DNA from: an uncultured Ruminiclostridium sp.
GTDB lineage: Bacteria > Bacillota > Clostridia > DSM-8532
Assembly (NCBI GenBank): GCA_964450305.1
Contig: CAYVFB010000008.1
Span: forward strand, 3,884-67,883
DNA: 64,000 bases
Direction of reading: 5' to 3'
Shown in pieces: positions 9,706-18,957 of this stretch (positions within the stretch are counted from its first letter, which is position 1; every line of letters begins with the position of its first letter). The position numbers and the translations under genes were made by a program. The notes below the pieces were generated by a model. The model did not search any database, had not been told where the DNA came from, and saw nothing but the letters and a program-made list of their open reading frames with translations.

Positions 9706-9771
9706 ATATTTACAAGAGGGACAGGTACCTTTGCAAATATTTGCAAAGGTACCTGTCCCTCTTGTAAATAT
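9706..9771. repeat. Perfect 66-bp palindrome (33-bp arms, no spacer) in the divergent intergenic region
   Basis: ATATTTACAAGAGGGACAGGTACCTTTGCAAAT followed by its exact reverse complement ATTTGCAAAGGTACCTGTCCCTCTTGTAAATAT. Verified base by base. Confidence 0.95.
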
Positions 9772-9844
9772 CAACTGGAACCAAATCTTACGGTTACGCG
9801 TAGGTAGTTGAGCCTGTATGCCCTTTTTTTCTTGCAGTATTCTA

Positions 9845-9872
9845 TTTACATACCAGCCGAATCATGTATAAT
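9845..9872 (+). promoter_or_regulatory. Candidate sigma-A promoter for iorA
   Basis: TTTACA, 16-nt spacer, TATAAT, about 60 nt upstream of the iorA ATG. Confidence 0.4.
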
Positions 9873-9930
9873 ATATATTTAAGCCACTTACCACGGAACA
9901 GAGAATTTATTGTGAGGAGAGACAGATATA

Positions 9931-11676
9931 ATGAAAAAACTGATGCTTGGCAACGAAGCGATTGCCCGGGGCGCTTATGAGGCAGGAGTAACTGTTGCAT
10001 CAGCATACCCTGGCACACCCAGTACTGAAATTACCGAGACCATCGCAACTTATAATGAAATCTATTCAGAATGGGCACCAAACGAAAAAGTAGCATTGGA
10101 AGTTGCTGTTGGTGCGTCCTTTGCCGGTGCGCGCTCTGTCTGTGCAATGAAGCATGTGGGCTTGAATGTAGCGGCAGACCCGTTGTTTACGGTTTCCTAC
10201 ACCGGCGTTAACGGCGGGCTGGTGATCTGTGTCGCGGATGATCCAGGCATGCACAGCTCCCAGAACGAACAGGATAGCAGGCATTACGCCAAAGCTGCCA
10301 AGGTCCCAATGCTTGAACCCTCCGACAGCCAGGAATGCAAGGATTTCCTGAAGAAAGCCCTCGAGCTGAGCGAAAGGTTTGATACACCTGTTTTTCTAAG
10401 ATTAACTACGCGCATTTCCCACTCCCAAAGCCTGGTGGAACTGGCAGACAGGGATAATGTGCCGTTAAAGGAATATATAAAAGACTCGAATAAATATGTT
10501 ATGATGCCGGGCATGGCCAAAAAGCGTCATGTCGTTGTCGAAGAGCGCATGGAACGCCTTGCCGAATACGCCAATACTTCCGAATTGAACCAAATTGTTT
10601 GGGGAAACAAGGATATTGGTATTATTACCAGTGGAATTTCATATCAATATTCCCGTGAAGCCTTTGGTGAGGCATCTTTCCTGAAGCTTGGCATGGTGCA
10701 TCCGCTGCCTGAAAAACTAATTCGTGAATTTGCTTCCCAGGTGAAGACATTGTATGTTATAGAAGAATTGGATCCGATTATCGAAGGCTTCCTGAAGGAA
10801 AAAGGCATTTCATGCATTGGCAAAGAAAAGCTTCCGGTGCTCGGTGAATACAGTGCCAGCCTGCTGAAGGAAAAGCTGCTGGGTATTGGCGGGCAATCGA
10901 ACACCGATCTTGCTCAGGATGTTCCTGTCAGGCCTCCTGTTTTGTGCCCCGGCTGCCCCCATCGCGGCGTGTTCTACAGCCTCAAGAAAAACAAGCTTAC
11001 CGTATCGGGTGATATCGGCTGTTACACCCTTGGCACACTGGCGCCCCTTGAGGGCATGGATACCTGTGTGTGCATGGGTGCCAGCATCGGTGTGGCCCAT
11101 GGCATGGAAAAGGCCAGGGGGCGCGAAGCCGCAGGGAAAACCGTTGCAGTGATCGGGGATTCCACCTTTATTCATTCGGGTATAACAGGGCTTATCGACA
11201 TTGTTTACAACAAGGGAACCTCCACGGTGATCATTCTGGATAACTCCATCACCGGCATGACCGGTCATCAGGATAACCCCACTACCGGCTTTACCATCAA
11301 GGGTGAGCCTACCCGTCAGGTAGATCTGGTCAAGCTTTGCCAGGCTATTGGCATCGACCGGGTAAAGGTATGCGACCCCTTCGATTTGGATACCTTTGAT
11401 AAGGTTCTCAAAGAGGAAACAGCAACGGAAGAACCATCGGTCATCATTGCACAAAGGCCCTGCGCCCTTTTGAAGAAAGTGAAATACAAGGGGCAGGTCG
11501 TCGTAAACAGCGATAAATGCAAGTACTGCAAAGTATGTATGCGTCTTGGCTGCCCAGCAATTGTCGATACCGGCAGCGGCATCCATATTAATGATGCGCT
11601 GTGTGTGGGCTGTGACCTGTGTATGAAGGTTTGTAAATTTGGCGCAATGGAAAAGGCAGGTGACAGCAATGGGTAA
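9931..11676 (+). CDS. iorA: Indolepyruvate:ferredoxin oxidoreductase subunit alpha
   Basis: 581 aa. TPP-enzyme N-terminus (MLGNEAIARGAYEAGV...YPGTPSTE). C-terminal 2x[4Fe-4S] Cys motifs (CKYCKVC...GCP, CVGCDLC). Confidence 0.9.
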   Translation: MKKLMLGNEAIARGAYEAGVTVASAYPGTPSTEITETIATYNEIYSEWAPNEKVALEVAVGASFAGARSVCAMKHVGLNVAADPLFTVSYTGVNGGLVICVADDPGMHSSQNEQDSRHYAKAAKVPMLEPSDSQECKDFLKKALELSERFDTPVFLRLTTRISHSQSLVELADRDNVPLKEYIKDSNKYVMMPGMAKKRHVVVEERMERLAEYANTSELNQIVWGNKDIGIITSGISYQYSREAFGEASFLKLGMVHPLPEKLIREFASQVKTLYVIEELDPIIEGFLKEKGISCIGKEKLPVLGEYSASLLKEKLLGIGGQSNTDLAQDVPVRPPVLCPGCPHRGVFYSLKKNKLTVSGDIGCYTLGTLAPLEGMDTCVCMGASIGVAHGMEKARGREAAGKTVAVIGDSTFIHSGITGLIDIVYNKGTSTVIILDNSITGMTGHQDNPTTGFTIKGEPTRQVDLVKLCQAIGIDRVKVCDPFDLDTFDKVLKEETATEEPSVIIAQRPCALLKKVKYKGQVVVNSDKCKYCKVCMRLGCPAIVDTGSGIHINDALCVGCDLCMKVCKFGAMEKAGDSNG

Positions 11677-12256
11677 TATATCTATTATGATTGTGGGCGT
11701 TGGCGGACAGGGAACTCTTCTAACCAGCCGTGTGCTTGGGGCAGCGGCGGTAAAGGCCGGGTATGATGTTAAAATGTCCGAGGTTCATGGCATGGCACAA
11801 CGTGGCGGCAGTGTGATCACCTATGTCCGGGTGGGCGAAAACGTGAATTCGCCCATTATTGAAAAAGGCGAAGCTGATATCCTGCTCTGCTTTGAAAAGC
11901 TGGAAGCCCTTCGCTGGATAGACTATGCCAAAAAGGACGGGGTTATCATCATCAACGATCAACAAATCGATCCCATGCCCGTCATCATTGGAAAGGCAAA
12001 ATATCCCGAAGGCATCACAGAGAAAATACGTGCCATATTTCCTAATGTTCGTTCCATTAACGCTTTGGAGGCCGCTAAAAAGTTGGGCAACATCAAGGTG
12101 TTGAATGTTGTCATGCTGGGGCTGATGGCCAGCAGCACCCAAATAAGCAGGGAGCTGTGGCATGAAGCCATTCGGGAAACAGTAAAGGAAAAATTCGTGG
12201 AGTTGAACCTGAAGGCCTTTGACGAGGGCTATCAGATGGCGGAATGTATGTTGTAA
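11669..12256 (+). CDS. iorB: Indolepyruvate:ferredoxin oxidoreductase subunit beta
   Basis: Begins MGNISIMIVGVGGQGTLL. Its ATG overlaps the end of iorA. About 195 aa, as expected for IorB. Confidence 0.85.
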   Translation: MGNISIMIVGVGGQGTLLTSRVLGAAAVKAGYDVKMSEVHGMAQRGGSVITYVRVGENVNSPIIEKGEADILLCFEKLEALRWIDYAKKDGVIIINDQQIDPMPVIIGKAKYPEGITEKIRAIFPNVRSINALEAAKKLGNIKVLNVVMLGLMASSTQISRELWHEAIRETVKEKFVELNLKAFDEGYQMAECML

Positions 12257-12324
12257 ATACCTGACGGAGGGCACTCCGACTGCAGGGTTTGTTGTAAAAA
12301 TCATGGTTGAATGGGGGAACTGTC

Positions 12325-13629
12325 ATGGGTATTTGGAATACCGAGGTTGAATGCATGGAAAGGGAAAAGCTTTCCGAACTGCAGGCACAAAGACTATGTA
12401 ACACGGTCCAACGGGTTCACAGCAATGTTGCATTTTACAGACAGAAAATGAAGGGCTTGGGGGTCGAGCCCGGTGACATCAAAACGGTGGAAGACCTTCG
12501 AAAATTACCCTTTACCTACAAGCAGGATTTAAGAGATACCTACCCCTATGGCCTGTTTGCCGTTCCCATGGATAATGTGGTGCGTATTCATGCCTCGACA
12601 GGCACAACCGGGAAAAGAACAGTTGTTGGATATACCGCAAAGGATATCGACACATGGGCCGAGCTTATTGCGCGCGGCCTTACAGCTGCGGGTGCCGGTA
12701 AATCAGACTTTGTTCATGTAGCCTATGGGTATGGGCTTTTTACCGGCGGGCTGGGCGTACACTACGGCGCTGAAAAAATAGGTGCAGCCGTCATTCCCGT
12801 ATCGAGCGGGAATACCAAAAGGCAGATTGAGATCATGCAGGATTTTGGTTCCACAATCTTAACCAGCACACCATCCTATGCGCTGTATATTGCTGAAACC
12901 ATGCGCGAAATGGGGATAGATCCAAGAAAAGATCTGAAGCTGAAAGCCGGTGTGTTTGGCGCAGAGCCCTGGACAGAGGAAATGCGCAGAGAGATTGAAC
13001 AGCAGATGGGCATCAAGGCAATCGACATCTACGGCCTTTCTGAAATTATGGGACCCGGTGTTTCCGTTGAATGCGAACATCAGAACGGGATGCACATTCA
13101 GGAAGATCATTTCATTGCTGAAATTATTGATCCGGTCACCGAAGAGCCTCTGCCTATCGGATCAGAAGGGGAGCTGGTGTTTACCTGCATCACCAAAGAA
13201 GCGTTTCCGCTTATCCGTTACCGTACAAGAGATATTTGCCGCCTGAATGATGAAAAATGCGCCTGCGGCAGAACACAGATACGCATGAGCAAGGTGACAG
13301 GACGCAGCGACGACATGTTGATTATCCGTGGAGTAAACGTATTCCCGTCACAGATCGAAAGCGTTCTGCTGGAGCTTGGTATTGCCACACCGCATTATCA
13401 ACTGGTGGTGGATAGGGTAGGCACACTGGACAGTCTTGAGGTTCATGTGGAGATGACTCCAGAGATGTTCTCTGATGCCGTCAAGCAGGTTGAAAAGGCA
13501 GAACAGCGCATGCGAAACAATATTGAAAGCTTGCTGGGGTTATCCTGCAAGGTTCGTCTGATGGAACCGAAGAGCATTGAAAGAAGCGAAGGCAAGGCCA
13601 AGAGGGTTATTGACAAGCGGACAAAATAA
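12325..13629 (+). CDS. paaK: Phenylacetate-CoA ligase family protein (PaaK-type adenylate-forming enzyme)
   Basis: Reads [35 protein letters not shown] and [14 protein letters not shown]. Classic iorAB-paaK gene order. Confidence 0.85.
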   Translation: MGIWNTEVECMEREKLSELQAQRLCNTVQRVHSNVAFYRQKMKGLGVEPGDIKTVEDLRKLPFTYKQDLRDTYPYGLFAVPMDNVVRIHASTGTTGKRTVVGYTAKDIDTWAELIARGLTAAGAGKSDFVHVAYGYGLFTGGLGVHYGAEKIGAAVIPVSSGNTKRQIEIMQDFGSTILTSTPSYALYIAETMREMGIDPRKDLKLKAGVFGAEPWTEEMRREIEQQMGIKAIDIYGLSEIMGPGVSVECEHQNGMHIQEDHFIAEIIDPVTEEPLPIGSEGELVFTCITKEAFPLIRYRTRDICRLNDEKCACGRTQIRMSKVTGRSDDMLIIRGVNVFPSQIESVLLELGIATPHYQLVVDRVGTLDSLEVHVEMTPEMFSDAVKQVEKAEQRMRNNIESLLGLSCKVRLMEPKSIERSEGKAKRVIDKRTK

Positions 13630-13670
13630 CGAGGCTGACGGTTTGTTGATTTGGTCTTTTGAAGTTTGTA

Positions 13671-13700
13671 AAGGCAGACCTACACGGGTCTGCCTTTTAT
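13671..13700 (+). terminator. Probable terminator after paaK
   Basis: AAGGCAGACC-TACACG-GGTCTGCCTT hairpin followed by TTAT (short T tract). Confidence 0.55.
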
Positions 13701-13821
13701 ACGCCCGAAATGGAACGTTAATTTTATGTTTGTTATAGAAGTTATTGTTCACACCATCCTTTATTAAGTTCATTAGCCGTTACAGAGGTATGGGCTTTAT
13801 CTTGAACACAGCGATGTCATC

Positions 13822-13877
13822 CTGAGCGCAGTTAAGGATCTTATCAGGAGCAATGCGAGATCCTTAACTTCGTTCAG
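13822..13877. repeat. Hairpin-forming copy of a dispersed GTCATCCTGA..AAGGATCT element
   Basis: CTGAGCGCAGTTAAGGATCT, a 16-nt loop, then AGATCCTTAACTTCGTTCAG (18/20 pairing). The left arm matches a second copy at 49927-49952. Confidence 0.7.
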
Positions 13878-13947
13878 CCGAATGCGCCTTTTACCTACGA
13901 TTAGTAACCTATAGACGTATTATGTAAACAATATTGTGAAATTTCTC

Positions 13948-13976
13948 TTGACCAAACTGTGTTTGGACAGTATAAT
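13948..13976 (+). promoter_or_regulatory. Sigma-A promoter for the tRNA pair
   Basis: TTGACC, 17 nt, TATAAT, about 25 nt upstream of tRNA-Asn. Confidence 0.7.
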
Positions 13977-14001
13977 ATTATTTGCGCTAACTGTTAGACG
14001 T

Positions 14002-14077
14002 TCCTCAATAGCTCAGTCGGTAGAGCATGCGGCTGTTAACCGCAGGGTCGTTGGTTCGAGTCCAACTTGGGGAGCCA
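14002..14077 (+). tRNA. tRNA-Asn (GTT), encoded CCA
   Basis: Acceptor stem TCCTCAA/TTGGGGA, D-loop AGCTCAGTCGGTAGAGC, anticodon loop CTGTTAA (GTT at 14035-14037), T-arm GGTTCGAGTCC. Confidence 0.9.
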
Positions 14078-14080
14078 CTT

Positions 14081-14157
14081 GGGCCTTTAGCTCAGTTGGT
14101 TAGAGCAACCGGCTCATAACCGGTTGGTCCGGGGTTCGAGTCCCTGAAGGCCCACCA
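14081..14157 (+). tRNA. tRNA with a CAT anticodon; body resembles tRNA-Ile2 (lysidine) rather than elongator or initiator Met
   Basis: GGGCCTTTAGCTCAGTTGGTTAGAGC...CTCATAA (CAT at 14115-14117)...GGTTCGAGTCC...GGCCCACCA. Resemblance to B. subtilis and E. coli tRNA-Ile(CAU) is from memory. Confidence 0.85.
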
Positions 14158-14163
14158 AAAAAG

Positions 14164-14192
14164 GGATGGATAAATCATTATCCATCTTTTTT
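14164..14192 (+). terminator. Terminator after the tRNA pair
   Basis: GGATGGATAA-ATCA-TTATCCATCT hairpin followed by TTTTT. Confidence 0.7.
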
Positions 14193-14217
14193 CATGTTCA
14201 GGAACAAAGGAGACCAT

Positions 14218-14916
14218 ATGATCCATTTACAGGGGAGGCTTCTTCAAACGGCATCCATGCTGGAGGGCTGTGAAAGGCCTGCAGATATTGGCACAGACCA
14301 TGCTTATATCCCCATCTATCTGGTGCAATCCGGTAAATGCAGCAGAGTTATTGCCACTGATGTGAAAAAAGGACCTCTTAAAAAGGCGGCAATGAATATT
14401 GAAAAGCATCATCTGAAAGAACAGATAGAACTTCGCCTTGGGGACGGATTAGAGCCTGTAAAGCAAGGGGAATGCGATAGCTTTATTGTTGCCGGTATGG
14501 GGGGCGTGGTCATCACGGAAATCCTTGATAAGTCCCCTGATCTCGTGAAGCAGGCAAAAGCGCTTGTTCTGCAGCCGGTCTATACCGAAGCTTGTCTGCG
14601 GGAATATCTCTGTCGAAGCGGCTTTCGAACAGAATCCGAGGTTCTGGTTCTGGATGAGGGAAGAATTTATGTAATTCTCCGTGTTGCATATGATGGTATT
14701 TTACGGCAGGAAGAAGATCTGCATTACCATATAGGAAGGGTCTTATTTGAACGCAAAGACCCACTGCTGAAGCCCTATTTGGAAAGACGCATTCGCATTC
14801 AGTCAAAGATTGCTCATGGTATGGCAAAATCAGGCCTTCGGGATCCCAATGACATTAAAAAAGAACTGTGTCTTCTGGAAAGAATGAAAGAGGCCTATAT
14901 AACCGTAGAAACCTGA
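14218..14916 (+). CDS. trmK: tRNA (adenine22-N1)-methyltransferase TrmK (YqfN family)
   Basis: Reads DIGTDHAYIPIYL, VIATDVKKGPL, ELRLGDGL, IAGMGG. RBS AAAGGAG precedes ATG 14218. Confidence 0.8.
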   Translation: MIHLQGRLLQTASMLEGCERPADIGTDHAYIPIYLVQSGKCSRVIATDVKKGPLKKAAMNIEKHHLKEQIELRLGDGLEPVKQGECDSFIVAGMGGVVITEILDKSPDLVKQAKALVLQPVYTEACLREYLCRSGFRTESEVLVLDEGRIYVILRVAYDGILRQEEDLHYHIGRVLFERKDPLLKPYLERRIRIQSKIAHGMAKSGLRDPNDIKKELCLLERMKEAYITVET

Positions 14917-15000
14917 TAGAGTATCACAGAAGCAGATGAATCATCCATGGCATGCGTTGAAAGCTTCAGATAGATCTGTTAAGATGAACTGGACAATGGT

Positions 15001-16119
15001 GTGAAGGATGTGATTTGTTTGCTGTGTAAAGAGATGATTACTTTTTTGGAGAAGGAAGCTCCGCTGTTTCTGCAGGAGGGTTATGATAACTCCGGTTTGC
15101 AATGGGGGAACCCAGACAGTGAGGTTCAAAGAGTACTGGTCTGCCTGGATCTTACACAGGAAGCGATAAATGATGCCATAAGAGAAAAGGTGCAGATGAT
15201 CCTTTCCCATCATCCCATTCTGTTCCGTCCGATGAAAAGCATTCATACCGGCTTTGGAACAGGTGCCATGCTGGCGCAGTGCATTCGTGAAAACATTTGT
15301 GTGTACGCTGCACATACCAATTTTGACGTTGCCCGTAACGGGCTGAACGAGTATCTGGCCGCTGCGTTGGAGCTTCAGGAGGTTGAAGGCCTGAAGCCGC
15401 ATTACAGGGAAGCGCTGTACAAGCTGGTGGTATTTATTCCGGAAGACAGCCTGGAGCAGGTTCAGAAGGCTGTTTATGGCGCGGGTGCCGGCTGGATCGG
15501 AAAGTACAGTGACTGTGGGTTTTCAACAGAAGGGAACGGAACCTTTAAGCCGGGTGATGGAACAAACCCCTATATCGGTCAAAAAGGAGAGTTGGAAACT
15601 GTTCGCGAATACCGCCTGGAAACAATAGTGCCCCATGAAAGGCTGGGCAGAGCGATAGAGAGTATGCTGAAAGCGCACCCATACGAAGAGGTTGCTTATG
15701 ATGTTTACCGCCTGGAGAAACCTGGGGTTGAATACAGTCTTGGCAAGGTGGGAACACTGAAAGACAAGCTGAATGCAGCAGCATTTATTGATTATGTGAA
15801 GGAAAAACTGCAAGTTCCAAATGTCCGGACTATCGGCGGAGTAAACCTTGATTCTATCAGCCGGGTAGCTGTATTTTGCGGTAGCTTCGACGGCGACGTT
15901 CAGGCGTTGAAAGCCCAAAAACCAGACGCTTTGGTGACTGGTGACCTGAAATATCATGATGCACAGAATTTGCAGCAGGCAGGTATCTTCACTGTAGATG
16001 CGGGACACTATCACACCGAAAAACTGTTTATTCAGGGAATATCTGATGTATTGAAAAAACAGTTCAAAGATGTTATAATCTTCGAGCACTATGGACAGGA
16101 CATATTTGAATACCGGTAA
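15001..16119 (+). CDS. Nif3-like dinuclear metal centre protein (YqfO family)
   Basis: Reads YDNSGLQWG, ISHHPILFRP, YAAHTNFD, GHYHTE. Conserved trmK-yqfO order. GTG 15001 start is uncertain; ATG 15034 is the alternative. Confidence 0.8.
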   Translation: MKDVICLLCKEMITFLEKEAPLFLQEGYDNSGLQWGNPDSEVQRVLVCLDLTQEAINDAIREKVQMILSHHPILFRPMKSIHTGFGTGAMLAQCIRENICVYAAHTNFDVARNGLNEYLAAALELQEVEGLKPHYREALYKLVVFIPEDSLEQVQKAVYGAGAGWIGKYSDCGFSTEGNGTFKPGDGTNPYIGQKGELETVREYRLETIVPHERLGRAIESMLKAHPYEEVAYDVYRLEKPGVEYSLGKVGTLKDKLNAAAFIDYVKEKLQVPNVRTIGGVNLDSISRVAVFCGSFDGDVQALKAQKPDALVTGDLKYHDAQNLQQAGIFTVDAGHYHTEKLFIQGISDVLKKQFKDVIIFEHYGQDIFEYR

Positions 16120-16248
16120 CAACTGACGCCTCAGTAAAGGCGATATTACATTATTAACCTGTACCCCAGGTTCACAACCTGTTACCAATAACCTGTATGG
16201 CCTGAAACCTTTATCCCAGGATCTGAAATGACGACTTACAACTACATA

Positions 16249-16638
16249 TTGAGTAAGCCAGATGATCGCGTGTGCAGGCCGAAAGGCCGCATACGAGGAA
16301 AGTCCGGGCTCCACAGGGCAGGGTGCCGGGTAACTCCCGGTCAAGGCGACTTGAAGGAAAGTGCAACAGAAATAGACCGCCTTAACGGGAAAACGCAGAG
16401 AAATTTTCCAATGGAAAATTTTAAAGTGTTTTCTCCTGAGGTAAGGGTGGAAAGGCGAGGTAAAAGCTCACCGGTTCCCTGGCGACAGGGAGCGCTCTGT
16501 AAACCCCACCTGGAGCAACACCGTGATGAGGACGCATTGGCTGCCCGCCAGTCCTCAGGGGTGGCTTGAGCCGCGCAGCAATGCCCGGCCTAGATAGATG
16601 ATCATCCAATACAGAACCCGGCTTACAGGCTTGCTCAA
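16249..16638 (+). ncRNA. rnpB: RNase P RNA, bacterial type A
   Basis: GAGGAAAGTCCGGGCTCCACAGGGCAGGGTGCCGGGTAAC from 16295 and ACAGAACCCGGCTTAC at 16611-16626. P1 pairing: TTGAGTAAGCC (16249-16259) with GGCTTGCTCAA (16628-16638). Confidence 0.9.
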
Positions 16639-16655
16639 TCATATTAATCAAGAAT

Positions 16656-16680
16656 ACCCGCTTTCAAGGCGGGTGTTTTT
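16656..16680 (+). terminator. Terminator after rnpB
   Basis: ACCCGC-TTTCAAG-GCGGGT followed by GTTTTT. Confidence 0.7.
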
Positions 16681-16766
16681 GTGTTCATGACCGGGAAAAA
16701 CTATTGCCGTAACCGGTAAATTGTGTAACAATGGATATTAGTTTCATTGGGCAGGAGTGAATAATT

Positions 16767-17384
16767 ATGAATATGAACATGGAAATCCACGAGTTTATAA
16801 ATCAATTGTCCTCCAAAGCGCCCGTTCCGGGCGGCGGGGGTGCCAGTGCTCTCATCGGGGCAATTGGAGTTTCTTTGTGCTCCATGGTTGCAAACCTGAC
16901 CTCGGGCAAGAAAAAATACGCAGAATATCAGCAGGACATCGAGAAAATTCTTGAGGTTTCTCAAGCCTCCATCAGCCGTTTACTGACCCTGATCGAAAAA
17001 GATGCAGAGGTTTTTGAACCGCTGTCAGCCGCTTATGGCATCCCGAAGGAAGATCCCAACAGGGAAGCTGTCCTGGAAAAGGCGCTTGTTGCCGCTTGTT
17101 CCGTCCCGATGGATATTCTGAAGGAAGTTTCGGGAATTCTGGATGTGATCGTGCAATTAACAGTGAAAGGCTCCAAACTTGCTGTCAGTGATGTGGGTGT
17201 TGCAGCATCTGCATGCAGAAGCGCCATGGAAAGCGCGATTTTAAACATCTACATCAACACCAGGATGATGAAGGATCGGGAATATGCACTGAAAACCAAC
17301 ATTGAAGCCGAAGAAATCCTCAATAACGGTGCTAAAACCTGTAATGAAATATACCGAAGAATATCGGATGAACTGAAGGGTTAA
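16767..17384 (+). CDS. fchA: Cyclodeaminase/cyclohydrolase family protein (methenyl-THF cyclohydrolase FchA-like)
   Basis: Reads FINQLSSKAPVPGGGGASALIGAIGVSLCSMVANLT. About 205 aa, immediately upstream of folD. Confidence 0.75.
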   Translation: MNMNMEIHEFINQLSSKAPVPGGGGASALIGAIGVSLCSMVANLTSGKKKYAEYQQDIEKILEVSQASISRLLTLIEKDAEVFEPLSAAYGIPKEDPNREAVLEKALVAACSVPMDILKEVSGILDVIVQLTVKGSKLAVSDVGVAASACRSAMESAILNIYINTRMMKDREYALKTNIEAEEILNNGAKTCNEIYRRISDELKG

Positions 17385-17497
17385 GCCTTTCATGAAAAAC
17401 CATGAAGAAACTTGGCGGGGTACATCCTGTTGGTTCCATACAGGCAGAGCCCAAGCGAATGCTTTGAGTGTCATGAAAATACGAAATGGAGGATATT

Positions 17498-18343
17498 ATG
17501 CAGGAATTAAGGGGAATGCCGGTTGTCAACTGCCTTGCAGATAAATTCAGGAATGATATCGATCAGTTAAAAACAAGGGGTATAGAACCAAAGCTGGGTA
17601 TTGTCAGAGTGGGTGAACGTGAAGATGATCTGGCGTATGAAAAGGGAATCCTGAAAAGGTTTTCAGCGGTTTCCGCCGCGACGCAGGTTTTTGCTTTGCC
17701 TGCGGATTGCACGCAGCAGGAGCTCGAGCAAACAATTCAATCTTTAAACGATGATAAAAACATACATGGAATTCTTCTGTTCCGACCACTGCCAAAACAT
17801 CTGTCGGAAGACAAAATTAAATCCATGATCGCCCAGGGCAAGGATGTGGATTGCATGGGCATAAACAATATCGCCCATGTATTCGCCGGGAATAAAAATG
17901 GTTTTCCCCCGTGTACACCACAGGCTGTTATCGAGTTGCTGGATCATTACGGGGTTGATTTGACGGGTAAAAAAGTGACGGTCATCGGGCGCAGCATGGT
18001 TACCGGCAAACCGCTTGCCATGCTATTATTGGGTAAAAATGCCACCGTAACGATTTGTCATACAAAAACGAAGAATCTGGCTGACGAATGCAAAAAAGCT
18101 GACATTCTGATAGCATGTGCCGGCGTGGCAAAAATGGTGAAAGAAAGCTTTGTTCACCCGGATCAAATTGTGATCGATGTGGGTATTAATATGGACAACG
18201 GAAAGTTGTGCGGCGATGTGGATTATGAGGCCGTATCGGGCATCGTAAAAGCGATTACGCCAGTGCCGGGCGGTGTGGGCACCGTCACCACGTCGGTTCT
18301 GCTTAAGCACACGCTGCAAAGCGCAGCCAAATGTTCCTCGTAA
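17498..18343 (+). CDS. folD: Methylene-THF dehydrogenase / methenyl-THF cyclohydrolase FolD
   Basis: FolD-like throughout (PKLGIVRVGEREDDLAYEKG, GILLFRPLP, VIGRSMVTGKPLAMLL, TPVPGGVGTVT). GGAGG favours ATG 17498. Confidence 0.9.
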   Translation: MQELRGMPVVNCLADKFRNDIDQLKTRGIEPKLGIVRVGEREDDLAYEKGILKRFSAVSAATQVFALPADCTQQELEQTIQSLNDDKNIHGILLFRPLPKHLSEDKIKSMIAQGKDVDCMGINNIAHVFAGNKNGFPPCTPQAVIELLDHYGVDLTGKKVTVIGRSMVTGKPLAMLLLGKNATVTICHTKTKNLADECKKADILIACAGVAKMVKESFVHPDQIVIDVGINMDNGKLCGDVDYEAVSGIVKAITPVPGGVGTVTTSVLLKHTLQSAAKCSS

Positions 18344-18474
18344 AGAATTACCGAACCACAATTCGGGTGAGAGTTCCCGGATTTGCTTTTGCCTGCTGCT
18401 TGCCCACACATCTCGGGTGTGCTGCAATTGCAAAGCAATTGCTTGTGTTGCTATAAAAGAAAGAGAGAGCTATC

Positions 18475-18957
18475 ATGTCCTGTGATAAGACCAACGCCAT
18501 GCGGATTCTGGATAAGGCCGGAATCCTTTATCATGCATTGTCCTATGAAAACAACGATGGAAAAATTGATGGAATTTCCGTAGCTGAAAAGCTTGGGCTG
18601 CCTGTTGAAATGGTCTATAAAACTTTGGTGACCCAGGGAACCAGCAAAGCGTACTATGTTTTTATCATTCCGGTTGCCGGCGAACTGGATCTAAAAGCTG
18701 CAGCAAGGGCGGTTGGAGAAAAAGCCGTTGAAATGATCAGGGTTACAGACATTCAAAAAGTCACCGGGTATATCCGCGGTGGCTGTTCTCCGATAGGGAT
18801 GAAGAAAATGTACAAAACCGTTCTGGACAGTTCCGCAGAATTACTGGACACAATTGTTGTAAGCGCCGGAAAAATTGGTTGTCAGATTCAGCTGAACCCT
18901 TCCGATCTGAAAAAGTTAATTCGCGGGGAGAGCGGGCAGCTAACAATGGCAAACTAA
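18475..18957 (+). CDS. ybaK: Cys-tRNA(Pro)/Cys-tRNA(Cys) deacylase YbaK
   Basis: 160 aa. Reads TNAMRILDKAGILY...KTLV, GYIRGGCSPIGMKK. Confidence 0.8.
   Translation: MSCDKTNAMRILDKAGILYHALSYENNDGKIDGISVAEKLGLPVEMVYKTLVTQGTSKAYYVFIIPVAGELDLKAAARAVGEKAVEMIRVTDIQKVTGYIRGGCSPIGMKKMYKTVLDSSAELLDTIVVSAGKIGCQIQLNPSDLKKLIRGESGQLTMAN

Noticed and set aside
10810-11586. 258-aa minus-strand ORF inside iorA, and similar long antisense ORFs (11720..12304, 25346..25966, 45719..46438, 46734..47237)
   Set aside because: All of them overlap strongly supported genes on the opposite strand and lack motifs. These are typical shadow ORFs.
13948-14192. The tRNA pair as an integration site marking a genomic island
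   Set aside because: There is no integrase, no direct repeat of a tRNA 3' end, and no phage or ICE genes on either side. The flanking genes (paaK, trmK) are housekeeping.
15523-16344. 273-aa minus-strand ORF
   Set aside because: It is antisense to the Nif3-family gene and runs into rnpB. It has no motifs and no RBS.
16228-16651. ORFs 16228..16569 (+) and 16421..16651 (-)
   Set aside because: They lie entirely within the RNase P RNA gene. These are spurious frames in a structured RNA.
16683-16766. Possible THF or other riboswitch upstream of fchA-folD
   Set aside because: The leader is only about 84 nt and shows no conserved riboswitch core that I can recognise.
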